Virus record (IMG/VR): IMGVR_UViG_3300035661_000005 | Origin: a virus | Taxonomy: Duplodnaviria; Caudoviricetes | Reading direction: 5' to 3' (one strand) | DNA: 64,000 nt | In this document: one piece after another, positions 49,001 to 57,780 of the stretch | Layout of the letters: the number at the start of each line of letters is the position of its first letter | Position numbering within the stretch: position 1 is the stretch's first letter | Position numbers and translations under genes: made by a program | The notes under the pieces: model-generated | The model's database searches: none | What the model saw: only the letters and a program-made list of their open reading frames with translations | Told to the model about the DNA's origin: nothing

Positions 49001-49168
49001 CAGTCGCGGGAGCGTCTCTACGACAAGAGGTACACGTGGATCGATGGCCGGATCAACCTCGACAAGGGGCTCCGGTTCATGTACGCCCGTGCGCAGCAGA
49101 ACCGCATCGACGCGTTCCAGCAGCAGCTGAACGATCTCACGAAGATGCTGGCAATGGGGGCCTCATGA
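43025..49168 (+). CDS. Very large baseplate-associated protein (2047 aa) with repeated beta modules
   Basis: Single long ORF between spike and wedge genes; repeated F.AAG[VI]..GD.L...G...G.Y modules. Confidence 0.7.
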   Translation: MGFSAKGYVLEPPRVGAANSPYTCSPATVILNQAAYDAAYPSGSEPTPRVEYFVLAMTDGALVDATFGWSKNEVISRFTYDGRNQRFKLLAGGPLSEVGRLDSSNPSTQQLKVIPPTSAALAAAPYRLSVGTGSGQTFNVNVVGAFGAPPVGTVEVNSSTGALNWNAADIATYNGQAVRWQRQQFFTDDESSGRLGLVTEPLLLNPLPATGQHPMLRLGYGLWLQTIEVPTDASLAPLPAAGAVKWSRLTGRLAFSAADTATGEPVYYDGVLFARDQQLPRQSLNTVASPSTISVLPPIGGDLIFRVPGHQFASYVRLDPSAPFSSPGTIDVVEVRPSGSTGSVHFSSFDQALYASYPVEVIFGDLPLERGIGFRLFRSLVNPSADPALKDVSVFYPVLNATLASPILSAPQVFLPALPIDAGAYPVTVHVEQGTGTWTGPLPRLDGASPPAGVGYVIDFDKQVLQFANRRVNDTQIVPSATGTMALSAPLVLGTNYAFAAEVAPGSGVYRSLVVGQDVILDPTPGLLTFSATSGGIVTTGLSGSFSGTTFKDTSNGTPLQVGDYLIVTSGAARGVYKVATGGALSAGVHTDVAGVTSGNLVYEVRRNPEVVIDRYWQELLLVDPNTVVSRIRKLGTATAPATITSGTGTFDDDTTMSSGVNFVAAGVQAGDTLQMTTGPDAGSFRTITVVDAHLVQVATPFTSYAGASFQIIRRLRLPTMTGMHAVRLGQSFSTPLLPVNTDADFGVLAPGMVQVSLATGNLNFSTSDFGQQVYSVQNLTQGRDYKLQPALGFIEFTERFMAGDEGLVTYIPVDSSGNVGTITQERLTFLVRKEVTQPYPRPAITSTVYFNPLGRTVASNPAPEVFRGGRPQTIPTQCVVNVTTSAVIFEPDTVPMTDALPHGAGLGTDERVYVDYYVYEAIGGEKSVNLLNAMQVSNVSIVGGSPTLTLAGNQTGIIKAGQLLRIEHQEAYSIASSVFLSGTNETLVTLAPGATFSDDFTNPKLYVTSGTVSPAYFRTETQPYQAVARGMSIIRVYGDRTASYQSGTVLRFSIGSQSDVYLVSGSRLKDGWTEITLTANTRQQYTSLTHTIQGSVRPILEDGATSATTSKTPILTEAYGVIRKAEGAVGQLVMTGPPTPKIQGYSLDASGVLTFSPTLSGAEELVVYYTGHQELRAGTTVRSTYTHAIVPDATNGIAGQNLTMDYTVFGPDTFIFRVETLTNFSAEVMAYFRAQAQSSSPGGGPITSNAASPKLYEQGQPSAYFSEGHLHNQDWVAQLYLKYANDSVNHLEDVLQSLDGRIVGADQGRFRYDGKWGNPARTSYSAVTNEIDDSFKVSNYPYTFTWPPLAITWVGTYQQLYQPGPQSRFYPTFRSALFGITTAGRDTDANSGDAISDLRWKNLTDLPPTTHRRLPRAQVTKRAEVGDGTIYVDNANGTQDLYRPAFAVGMAVVIQQQDGTHVVPDTAPLTITGVLSSPERIQVGALPVAVPIGSTVYLCTTGATPDTVYAKNYRTGTDIAVNKDEGKLVYIKPYPPLDGSVPAIPADLRIKPPNSEEFLQLDGVGVQSLARAPYRFPALDGKALNDVGDTGLPMQIRSYTCEQVYLEAEQEILTTLLAATPSNVVTGASLDLLLTTITVPSAWVSPVPRVHDLVRFTTGVNSTAGFRRIVSVGASSITVDHPFPVATISDSILVTASPDVATGTATFPSALILDDPALSAGIEVGHTIILTSGLNVGTRRQVVRRLSTTQLQLDHAVPSPMFGGAYRVSNHVATNSTAEGLSVQGRGQINNTYFNDHILDPSVVDSEISAVLRYLDGDPVDVSNEGVLTDILSPGTQTGTVSGNTLMGSTDFIAAGVSAAHYVYIQTGASRGVYPVATVTSAVQLTVVGSFPISGPVLYRIVSTYNLSRDGFTDLFSIYAAADDWTTATMTWLVAVMASMPVYVSSGLDPNIYANPLLTPMVTNRKLALDARVASVADLASGPIALVQKILQSRERLYDKRYTWIDGRINLDKGLRFMYARAQQNRIDAFQQQLNDLTKMLAMGAS

Positions 49169-49326
49169 GCGACGAGAAGAAGTCCGAGACGCCTGAATGG
49201 GAATTCCGGAAGGAGTTTCGGATCAGCGAGCAGATGCGTGAGGTGGCCAAGGCTTCCAAGGCGGCGGCTGAGGCGGAGATCGCTCGTCTCCGGCGTAAGC
49301 TAGAGAAGCTGACGTACGGGAGCTGA
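49165..49326 (+). CDS. Small helical protein (53 aa)
   Basis: ATGA-coupled start at 49165 (track ORF 49036 over-extended). Confidence 0.6.
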   Translation: MSDEKKSETPEWEFRKEFRISEQMREVAKASKAAAEAEIARLRRKLEKLTYGS

Positions 49327-49328
49327 AC

Positions 49329-51620
49329 GTGGCGAACGACTGGAAAGCCCTGGCTGTCACCATCCCCGGGAAGGACTACCTGGAGGACGTCCGGTCTACT
49401 CTGGAGACCCTCCTCACGTACCTGGACGTGGCGAAAGCCATCCTGGAGACGGTCAAGACCTTCCTGGTCGACTTCGGCAACCCCATCCGGGTCCTCGTGG
49501 AGCAGCTCGTCAAGCTGATCACCACGCTCATCGACAGCCTACGGCGCTCGGGCTTCTACGCCTGGTACCACGTCCCGAACCCCCTGCAGGATCCGAACTT
49601 CAAGCGCTTCCAGGGGGGCTTCCCGTCGTTCGTTCAGACGTGGAAGGGATCCCTCCTGGACGCCCAGGATCCGAACCGTCCGCAGCCTCAGAAGGGTTCG
49701 CTGACGGGTGGCTTCGTCATGATTGTGGCGGACGCCCAGGGGCCGGAGGCGCTCTTGGAGCAGGCTCGGACGATCCTGAAGTTCTTCGGGAAGGACTTCA
49801 CGCAGCCGGTATACCCGGCACCGGCCAACGTCAAGGTCGTCCCGGTGGGGGCGGCCGGTGACCCCGTCCTGTCCATCACGCAGCTCTTCAAGACCCAGAT
49901 CGAGTCCCTGGCGGTCGAATGGTCCCTCCCCGCAAACGTAGGGTCGGCGGACCCGTCGTTCGGGGGTCTTCCCGCGCAGCTCAGCTCTGAATTCTATCCG
50001 CCCAAGTGGCTGATCGAGCGCTCGTCCAAACCCCCGGCGGACAACGTCGACGTAGGGTATATCGGCGACTACAACCCGCCCAAGGTCGGCTACCTGACCA
50101 AGGTGGTCAACACCGGGAGCATCGATCCCCGGACGAATAAGCCGATCACGAAGACGGTGCGCATCAACGACGACACGGGCGAGCCGGTCGTCCTCTTCGA
50201 GAACGCGTACGTTGTCAGCGCCTCGTCGAACGCGCTATCCTTCGTCCTCGGGCAACTCGGGACCTTCCGGTACATCGACAAAGTCGACATCGACAAACCC
50301 TACTTCTACAGGGTCCGAGCGTTCAGCGGTACGCTTCGGATGGATGAGATCCACAACCGGGTCGATCTCCGGGAAGCGGACGTTGTGCAGGATGCGCGAC
50401 AGGCGGGCCTTTGGCAGCTCAAGTGGCCAAGCGCGAAAGCCGACTCCGTGGTCACCATGGGGAAACCCTCGGCCATCATCCGTGGGCGCATCTCGAAGGT
50501 GATCCCGACGTTCGACGTCGTCGAGGTCATCCGTTCGACCCTCCTCGCGGCCTACTCGCTCAACTTCCACATCCCGCTACCGCCGGGGGATCCGGTCCGC
50601 ATCCCATCCGGTCCGGATGCGGGGAAGCCCGTCCTCGACCCCGACGGGAACCCCGTCACGCAGCCCCAATTCGACGATAACGGCAACCCGATCCCCCCGT
50701 TGGACGACACGGCGATCGGCCGTGGGACGCTCTCGGCCATCTCCGGTGTCCTCGGGAGCAAGCAGTTCGCTCCCACGGTGACCCTGAATGGCCCGGTGAC
50801 GGGACCGTACGTGCCGAGCGAGGTCACAGGGCGCTACCCAGATCAGCCGTGGGTTGTCTTCAGCACGCGGTTCCAGGCGGCCCGGATGACCACGATGTAC
50901 GCCTCCCTGCTGTTCCAGGCGGGGGGCGGTGTCATCGAGGCGTGGCGAGCGCTCATGCAGGGCACGCTTCCGGCGGGCAAGCCGGAGACTGGTGGGACGC
51001 TCGCGTCGGTGACGACCTTGGAGCAGCTGGTCACGGCGCTCACGGCCACCGAGCCCTACGTGAAGCCGGGGAAAAAGCGGGCGCAGCCGTGGTCGATCCA
51101 GGTGCCCTCAGACACGGCGAAGACCTATGGGACGGCCTTCTACGACCCGATCGTCCGCAAGAACATCCTCGCGGCGGTCAACTTCCTGAAGACGTTGGGC
51201 TACCAAGGTGTCCCGCCCGACTGGGAGCGTGTAACGCTGCTTCAGGACGTGATCCCGTGGTCGGCGCAGATGCTCTACGACATGCTCGCCAAGATCAACG
51301 CGCTCCTCGACGCCTACAAGGGGGTCATGAGCGAGATCAAGGCGTTCATCGATCTCATTACCAGGAAGATCGACGCCCTGGAGAACTTCATCCAGTTCCT
51401 GGTCTCGATCCTCAATTTCGTGGAGTCCCTTGGCGGGGGCTTCTATCTTTTGAGCGTCTCGGGCCTGACGGGCGACGTGAATGACTGGTTCACGGCGATC
51501 GACAACGCCGGAGGGAAGAAGCCCACAAGTGGGCAGGGCGGGTACACGGCGGGTATCTGCATCGCCTACCTGGCGACCGACGTGTCGTCGTTCGAGACGG
51601 CCCTCAAGGCGATCTTTTGA
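49329..51620 (+). CDS. Baseplate-region protein with duplicated helical N- and C-terminal modules
   Basis: 763 aa; SLRRSGFYAWY...RP...GGFVMIV mirrors SLGGGFYLLSV...KP...AGICIAY. Confidence 0.6.
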   Translation: MANDWKALAVTIPGKDYLEDVRSTLETLLTYLDVAKAILETVKTFLVDFGNPIRVLVEQLVKLITTLIDSLRRSGFYAWYHVPNPLQDPNFKRFQGGFPSFVQTWKGSLLDAQDPNRPQPQKGSLTGGFVMIVADAQGPEALLEQARTILKFFGKDFTQPVYPAPANVKVVPVGAAGDPVLSITQLFKTQIESLAVEWSLPANVGSADPSFGGLPAQLSSEFYPPKWLIERSSKPPADNVDVGYIGDYNPPKVGYLTKVVNTGSIDPRTNKPITKTVRINDDTGEPVVLFENAYVVSASSNALSFVLGQLGTFRYIDKVDIDKPYFYRVRAFSGTLRMDEIHNRVDLREADVVQDARQAGLWQLKWPSAKADSVVTMGKPSAIIRGRISKVIPTFDVVEVIRSTLLAAYSLNFHIPLPPGDPVRIPSGPDAGKPVLDPDGNPVTQPQFDDNGNPIPPLDDTAIGRGTLSAISGVLGSKQFAPTVTLNGPVTGPYVPSEVTGRYPDQPWVVFSTRFQAARMTTMYASLLFQAGGGVIEAWRALMQGTLPAGKPETGGTLASVTTLEQLVTALTATEPYVKPGKKRAQPWSIQVPSDTAKTYGTAFYDPIVRKNILAAVNFLKTLGYQGVPPDWERVTLLQDVIPWSAQMLYDMLAKINALLDAYKGVMSEIKAFIDLITRKIDALENFIQFLVSILNFVESLGGGFYLLSVSGLTGDVNDWFTAIDNAGGKKPTSGQGGYTAGICIAYLATDVSSFETALKAIF

Positions 51621-51638
51621 TGCGGAGGCTCTAGAGCG

Positions 51639-52391
51639 ATGGCCTTCGATTGGCTGGGGACGTTCAACAAGAGCCAGTTCGACCGCTTTGCGGCGTTCGC
51701 GGAGGCTCAGCTTGGCGTTCTGGCTGGGCGCATCCTGCACTTGCAGTACGAGATCCTGCGGGTCGGGAGGCTCTCCTTCAGCTACGATGCGAACGGGACG
51801 CCCAAGGCGTACGACACGGGCGGACCGAACACGTACATCGGCAAGCTCATCGCGGCGTATGAAGTCCTCGGTGGGAATGCCCTCTACGACCTGAACGTCC
51901 GGGACATGGCGCAGGCAGTCTACCTCCTCCCTGCGGGGGAGATGAGTCCGCCGCAGCTGATGTCGAATGGGGAGGTCATGGGGCAGCCGGGCTTGGCGGA
52001 CGGCCCCTCGGCCATGCTCATCCAGCAAGCGAGATCGTGGCTACCCGAGGCTATGGACTACAGGCGAGAGCGTATCGAGCGTCAGATTCGGCGCATGGTC
52101 GACTACGTGGACCAGCTCGAAGCGGAGATGGATCTCCTGGACAAGATGGCGGCCTCGACAACCACGAAGGGGTCGCTCCAGAACATCTTCGCAGCGATCA
52201 ACGACCTCTTCCACGATCCGATCTACCGGACCATCTACGATGACAGGGGGAAGGACCCGCACGGGAAGCTCACCTACGCCCCGTTCAAGCCCTACTCGGA
52301 CGACGGGAAGTCCGAAGATCGGGAGCCGTCCCTCATCTATGGCCGTGACGATGGTGGGGCTACTGTGCCCGGGGAAGGAAGCTCGGTATGA
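51639..52391 (+). CDS. Hypothetical baseplate-region protein
   Basis: 250 aa, coupled to the next gene; coiled-coil segment. Confidence 0.6.
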   Translation: MAFDWLGTFNKSQFDRFAAFAEAQLGVLAGRILHLQYEILRVGRLSFSYDANGTPKAYDTGGPNTYIGKLIAAYEVLGGNALYDLNVRDMAQAVYLLPAGEMSPPQLMSNGEVMGQPGLADGPSAMLIQQARSWLPEAMDYRRERIERQIRRMVDYVDQLEAEMDLLDKMAASTTTKGSLQNIFAAINDLFHDPIYRTIYDDRGKDPHGKLTYAPFKPYSDDGKSEDREPSLIYGRDDGGATVPGEGSSV

Positions 52392-53524
52392 GCTACGACC
52401 GCAAGCTCGATCAGGTCTGCTCGCACTACGTCGTGGACGAGCCCCTCTACATGGACTTCGACCAGATGACGATCCGGCCCATGCGCCCGGTCATCTCTGG
52501 GGCCTCTGTTCGTGTCCGGGTTGACGGGGAGACCGACGTCCCGTCCTACGGGATGCAGATCGCTCCCAATGTCGTGGGGTCCAGGAATGGCCCATTCACC
52601 GTGAAGGAGGGGGTCAACGACATCCTCGACGTGAAGGTGAATCAGGGTCCGACCATCCACATCGTCCTACCGGCGCTCACGGCGATCCCGATGGATCAGC
52701 TGGTAAGGCTCCTGTCCTCGAAGGTCCCTGGTGTGCAGTTCTTCGTGTCGGGTCGGCGACTTGGTTTCCGCAGCATCTATGGCGGGCGGGCATCGTCCGT
52801 CAGGATTCTCGGTACGAGCACCTTCGCGGCTACTGCGGGGATCGTCGCCAAGGAGTACCGGGGGATCGACAGGTACCCCGGCTGGACGATGATCGTGGCG
52901 CCTGAGCAGACGACCACGCGGCCGATGCAGTACATCGTGTTCGATCGTCCACTCAAGAGCTACGCGGATTTCGTGGAGATCTCCTACACGACGGCCCAGC
53001 AGGATTGCCGTCGGTGCGGGGGCCTCGGGATCGAGAACGACTGGCTCTACGGACGCACGGGAGAGGTCATCCAGGTCCGGGACGAGGCCCTGTTGATCCA
53101 GGAGTGCATGAAGCTGTTTTACACGGACCAGGGCAGCAACCCTTTCCACCCGTGGTACGGCACGATCCTCTCCGAGCAGATCGGTCGGAAGATCCAGGTC
53201 GGTGGGGTCATCCAGAACCTGATCACGGCGGACATCTCGCGGGCGTTCGGCGCTTGGCAGTCCATCAAGCGGCAGCAGGAGGAGAAGATCAACCAGCCTG
53301 TTTCGGACGAGGAATTCCCGTTCAGGCTCATCAACGTCAACGTGCAGCAGAGCAGCGCGGACCCGACGGTCTTCTTTTTGACGGTCAACGTGCAGAACCG
53401 TTCGCGCAAGCCGTTGCAGATCAGGCGGGGTGTCCGGGTTCCGGAGCCCTTGAATCTATTTGGGGACACCCAACAGCAGGGCATCCTCCGCCAGTCCCTT
53501 CGGGGCTACGTGCTCACCGGGTGA
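52388..53524 (+). CDS. Baseplate wedge/sheath initiator, gp25/W-like C-terminal domain with N-terminal extension
   Basis: LLIQECMKLFYTDQGSNPFHPWYGTILSEQIG is the gp25-type signature; preceded by CRRCGG; N-part carries a sheath-type insertion module. Confidence 0.75.
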   Translation: MSYDRKLDQVCSHYVVDEPLYMDFDQMTIRPMRPVISGASVRVRVDGETDVPSYGMQIAPNVVGSRNGPFTVKEGVNDILDVKVNQGPTIHIVLPALTAIPMDQLVRLLSSKVPGVQFFVSGRRLGFRSIYGGRASSVRILGTSTFAATAGIVAKEYRGIDRYPGWTMIVAPEQTTTRPMQYIVFDRPLKSYADFVEISYTTAQQDCRRCGGLGIENDWLYGRTGEVIQVRDEALLIQECMKLFYTDQGSNPFHPWYGTILSEQIGRKIQVGGVIQNLITADISRAFGAWQSIKRQQEEKINQPVSDEEFPFRLINVNVQQSSADPTVFFLTVNVQNRSRKPLQIRRGVRVPEPLNLFGDTQQQGILRQSLRGYVLTG

Positions 53525-53527
53525 TCG

Positions 53528-56500
53528 ATGGCAACCGCACCGCAGTTCTACAATCGGGATGGGTCCGGCTACACGTCGAACCTGGTCTTCACCACGAACC
53601 AGGACAGCGTGGTGCTGACCGGAAAGCTCGGCACGGATACCGCTGCGGTGCAGATCTCCATCAACGGAGGCACGTTCGTCTCCGATCCCGATCTCATCAA
53701 GCTCGACCTGAACAACTTCACGATCCCGAACCTGGCGGTCTACTCTGCCGGTCTCGCCTTGGATCCTGGAACGAACACGATCACCCTCCGGGCGATCGAC
53801 GTGGTCGGGGGCGTGTCGGCTACCGCGACGGCGACCATCACGCGGGTCGATCAGGTCTCTGTCAACGGCGCCGACATCCCGTCCGGGGTCAAGGTCAACC
53901 GCCTACGGGACAACGTCGACATCCTGGTGGCGTACCCGAACGCCTCGACCAACTCGACGGTCACGGCGGTCTTCCTCGGATTCAACCTGTACGCCTCTAC
54001 CGCACCTACGGGCTCGACGGGCTACTACAGGATCAACGAATCCCTGATCACGGACGCGAATGCGACCTACGAGGAGACGGTCTACGAGAGCCTGACGGAG
54101 AAGGCCCTCTGGAGCAACCCGCACCTCAAGCAGATCAGGGTGCGGGTCACGGAGGAGGACTACTTCGGCAACGAGCTGGCCGAACGGCTGAACGTCCTGG
54201 AAGACGCGCACACGTTCTTCTTCAAGAGCCGCTTCACCTCGACGACCGAGCACTACAACCTCATCAAGTACGCGGTTTTCCGGCACAACAGGAATTCGAC
54301 TGCGGGCACCATCAACTCCGACCAGTGGGCAAACACTCCGGCGACGGACCCCCTCTACTACGTGGTGACGGCGATCTACTACGACCCCGCCACGGCCACG
54401 GAGATCGAGACGCCCTACAGCCAGGAGGTGCTTGGGACGCCCCTGACGATCGACACGGCCATCCAAGACCTTCCCGGCCGCACGCAGACGCAGATCGTCA
54501 CGGACTACCTGGGTCTCGTCGTCCGGGTCAACGCCGAGATCAGCCTCATCCCGGGGTCCACGACGCGTGACGTGAGCGTCGATCCGTTCGCCTCTGAGGC
54601 CGAGCGTGTATGGTTCCTCCTCGACTTCGTCCACCGGAGCCAGAGTTTCCTGACGCTCCTGGCCATCGATGACGCGAACGGGGATGGGGTGAGCGATCCC
54701 GTGGTGTCGAGCGCCTACAAATCGGCCCTCCAGTCGGCCCTGGGCTTCACGACGAGCCAGGCGACGCAGTCGCTGATCGACACCCAGTTCAACAAGCTCG
54801 CGGGCAACGTCCAGAAGACCCGGCTCCCTGGGAGGTTCGCGGTCGGGCAGGCGGTCGTCTACACGCCGACCAAGCCGGCGACCGACCTCATCGTTTCGGC
54901 GGACTCGATCGTCTCGACGGACGCCGACACTGTCAACAACCTTCCCGTTGCCCGCTACCGGGTCGGTGGGACGTACACCCTCCCGGCCGCCACGGCGGAC
55001 GCCTACTACAACTTCGACACGAAGCGCTACGAGCTGATCGTCGACATCGTGGCCTTGGAGATCGGTTCCGCGGGGAACCGCCCGGCCAACTCGATCAAGA
55101 ACATCACCGGCGTCTCCGGGGTCAGCGTCACCAATACGGAGGCGACGGTCTTCGGCGAGGATGTGGAATCGAACGCTGAGCTGGCAGCCAGAAGCATCCT
55201 GGCCTTCCCGTCGGTCGATACGGGCACGGAGATGGGCTACGCGATGACGGCCGCCGAGCAGACGGGCGTCATCAAGTCCAAGATCGTCAAGTCCGGCGAC
55301 CCGCTGATGATGCGCGACTGGGACGACGTGCGAAAGAAGCACATCGGCGGCAAGGTCGACATTTGGGTCCAGGGGTTGCGGGAGCGGCAGGTCACCGAGC
55401 AGTTCGCCTTTGCGTTCGAGGTTGCCCGGGACATCCAGTGCAGGATCGTCGACGTGGCGACCCTCACCTTCCGAGTCCTCGACTCCCGGGTGACGGCAGC
55501 AACCCCGATCATCGAGATCCTCAACAACCCTTCTCAGGGGCTAGGGGTGCGCAACGCCACCCTCGGGGAGGATTACGACCTGACCGGCGTGGTGGTCCAG
55601 GACTACCAGACGTTCCGGCTCAACACGGCGATCCCTCAGCCGGTCACGGCGATCGACGACATCGTGCTCGCCGACTATCGCTTCCGGTCGCTCAACCAGT
55701 TCGTGATGACCTACCAGCCGGTGCGGCGGATCGTGTCCATCATCGGCGAGATCTCCGGCGCGCTTTCGGCCTCGACCAACTACGGCCTCTACAAGACGGG
55801 CGACCCTCTCCTGGAGGGTGAGAGCACGATCGCGAAGGACTACGTGGCGATCAGCCAGGCGGCGGGCGTTCCAAGCGGGACGCAGATCACGGTCAATGAT
55901 GAGCTGCATGTGCTCATCGGGTTCGTGCAGGAGCCCCTGGACGCGATCGGGATTAACACCAAGACCATCCGGGTCTTCAACGCGACCAGGACTGTGGAGT
56001 ACACGGGGCCGGAGGGTGCCATCCCGGACTTCGACATCATCCAGGGGACGGACCGGACGCCCCCGAAGATCGTGCGTACGGCGGCCTCGACCATCATCAG
56101 CGGGCAGTCCGTCTCCGTGGACTACGTGAAGGACGAGAACTTCACGGTCACCTACGTGATCAACGACGTGCTCCAGCAGCTCCAGGACGTGGTCAACCGG
56201 CGGCGACACGCGACGGCCGATGTGCTCGTGAAGCAGACGGTCGAGAACGATGTGGATTTCGAGACCACGGTGCAGCTGAAGTCAGGTGCGACGAAGGACA
56301 ACGTCGATCCCGCCCTCCGCACCAACGTCTCCTTGGAGCTGAATCAGCGGGGGATCGGCTACGGGATCGCCCAGTCGGACATCATCCACGCGGTCGATGC
56401 GACCACGGGGGTCGACTACGAAGTCGTGCCCCTTGCTCGAATGGCCTACGCTGACGGGTCCAGGCGTATCCGGGAGGGTGTCCTCTCCAACAACCACCCC

Positions 56501-56965
56501 ATTCCTTCCTTGGACTTCGGTGCCCAACGGGTCTTCATCTTGACGGACGCCCTGACGGCCCCGACCACGGACAACGGGGGCTACGCCACGGAGCACAAGG
56601 GGGTCTTCCAGGACGAGATCGCCATGACCCTGGCGGAGTCCGTCGCCCTCGTCGGCTACCAGGCGAACCAGGCGTACATCATCGGGTCCGAGGGGGCGGT
56701 CATCCTCGGCTACTCGGACGATGCCACGCTGATCGCGCAAGGGTACACGGACCCGGCCGACATCGTGACGCAGCGTCTCAAGCTGACGGCCAACCACATC
56801 CTGGTGGCGCTACTCAGCACGGGGACGCCCCCGGATGTTCCCACCAACCATACCTATGCCTGTTCGTATGTTGTGCGGGGCGATTCCGGCGCCCACGACA
56901 TCTCGGCGGCTGACGTGGAATTCTTGAATCTCGGGAAGCTCACCGTCACGTACAGGAACGGCTGA
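53528..56965 (+). CDS. Baseplate wedge protein J/gp6-like with Ig/FN3-like N-terminal extension
   Basis: ALEIGSAGNRPANSI...GVSVTNTEATVFGEDVESNAELAAR is the baseplate-J signature; GGKVDIWV. Confidence 0.85.
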   Translation: MATAPQFYNRDGSGYTSNLVFTTNQDSVVLTGKLGTDTAAVQISINGGTFVSDPDLIKLDLNNFTIPNLAVYSAGLALDPGTNTITLRAIDVVGGVSATATATITRVDQVSVNGADIPSGVKVNRLRDNVDILVAYPNASTNSTVTAVFLGFNLYASTAPTGSTGYYRINESLITDANATYEETVYESLTEKALWSNPHLKQIRVRVTEEDYFGNELAERLNVLEDAHTFFFKSRFTSTTEHYNLIKYAVFRHNRNSTAGTINSDQWANTPATDPLYYVVTAIYYDPATATEIETPYSQEVLGTPLTIDTAIQDLPGRTQTQIVTDYLGLVVRVNAEISLIPGSTTRDVSVDPFASEAERVWFLLDFVHRSQSFLTLLAIDDANGDGVSDPVVSSAYKSALQSALGFTTSQATQSLIDTQFNKLAGNVQKTRLPGRFAVGQAVVYTPTKPATDLIVSADSIVSTDADTVNNLPVARYRVGGTYTLPAATADAYYNFDTKRYELIVDIVALEIGSAGNRPANSIKNITGVSGVSVTNTEATVFGEDVESNAELAARSILAFPSVDTGTEMGYAMTAAEQTGVIKSKIVKSGDPLMMRDWDDVRKKHIGGKVDIWVQGLRERQVTEQFAFAFEVARDIQCRIVDVATLTFRVLDSRVTAATPIIEILNNPSQGLGVRNATLGEDYDLTGVVVQDYQTFRLNTAIPQPVTAIDDIVLADYRFRSLNQFVMTYQPVRRIVSIIGEISGALSASTNYGLYKTGDPLLEGESTIAKDYVAISQAAGVPSGTQITVNDELHVLIGFVQEPLDAIGINTKTIRVFNATRTVEYTGPEGAIPDFDIIQGTDRTPPKIVRTAASTIISGQSVSVDYVKDENFTVTYVINDVLQQLQDVVNRRRHATADVLVKQTVENDVDFETTVQLKSGATKDNVDPALRTNVSLELNQRGIGYGIAQSDIIHAVDATTGVDYEVVPLARMAYADGSRRIREGVLSNNHPIPSLDFGAQRVFILTDALTAPTTDNGGYATEHKGVFQDEIAMTLAESVALVGYQANQAYIIGSEGAVILGYSDDATLIAQGYTDPADIVTQRLKLTANHILVALLSTGTPPDVPTNHTYACSYVVRGDSGAHDISAADVEFLNLGKLTVTYRNG

Positions 56966-57780
56966 TGGCCCGGTTCACTGACGATCCGAACAGGTTGAAT
57001 TACACCACGTCCCAGACGGGGCGGGAGTACAACCTGCGGCTTCTTCAGCGGTCGCAGGCCATCTTTTCGCAGCTCCTCAACCTCCTACCGAGCAATTACA
57101 GCTCGTCCATCCAGGGGCCAAACTACACGACGGAGGCCAAAGCAGTCGCCGTGGAGCTGGCGCGTCTTGAGCTGGCCCTGGAGGAGGTTGACCGGGATCG
57201 GGACTTCTCGAAGACTCGGGGCGACTTCCTCTACAGCATCATCGGCTACTTCGTGTTCCTCAACGGCAAGCTCCCCGAGCTGCAGTTCAACGACACGGAC
57301 TTCCGGAACGTGCTCCTTAGCCTCATCCGGATCTACTTCCAGGGTAGCATCCCGGAGTCGCTGGCTGATGTGGTCAAGCTCTTCATGTCGGCGGACGTCA
57401 CGGTCACCGAGAACTTCCTGCTCGTGCGACAGGGGAAGTCTGGGCTCGACATCTCCGACGATTTTGGCTTCAACATCGACGTGACGATCCCGCTTGTCGG
57501 GGGTTTCCCACCCTCGGTCTTCGAGGCGGACGCGACCATCCGGCAGATGATCGACATGGTTCGGCCGGCGCACACGCTCTACCGGATCCGGTACATCTTC
57601 CGGGACACGTACATCCCGACGGACCCCTCGGGCAAGATCGTGGACGCCATGCGCTGGGCCATGCTCACGTACAACTACGACGACTTCCGGTCCTATTGGG
57701 CGGGCTTGCGGGACCGTGACAGGCTCGGGCGGAAAACGAACACGGCCGTTTCGGCGGAAGATCACTCGGGAGACTTCTGA
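56965..57780 (+). CDS. Baseplate wedge protein I/gp7-like
   Basis: Follows J; LLNLLPSNY...ELARLE...FRNVLLSLIRIY...MVRPAHTLY. Confidence 0.7.
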   Translation: MARFTDDPNRLNYTTSQTGREYNLRLLQRSQAIFSQLLNLLPSNYSSSIQGPNYTTEAKAVAVELARLELALEEVDRDRDFSKTRGDFLYSIIGYFVFLNGKLPELQFNDTDFRNVLLSLIRIYFQGSIPESLADVVKLFMSADVTVTENFLLVRQGKSGLDISDDFGFNIDVTIPLVGGFPPSVFEADATIRQMIDMVRPAHTLYRIRYIFRDTYIPTDPSGKIVDAMRWAMLTYNYDDFRSYWAGLRDRDRLGRKTNTAVSAEDHSGDF

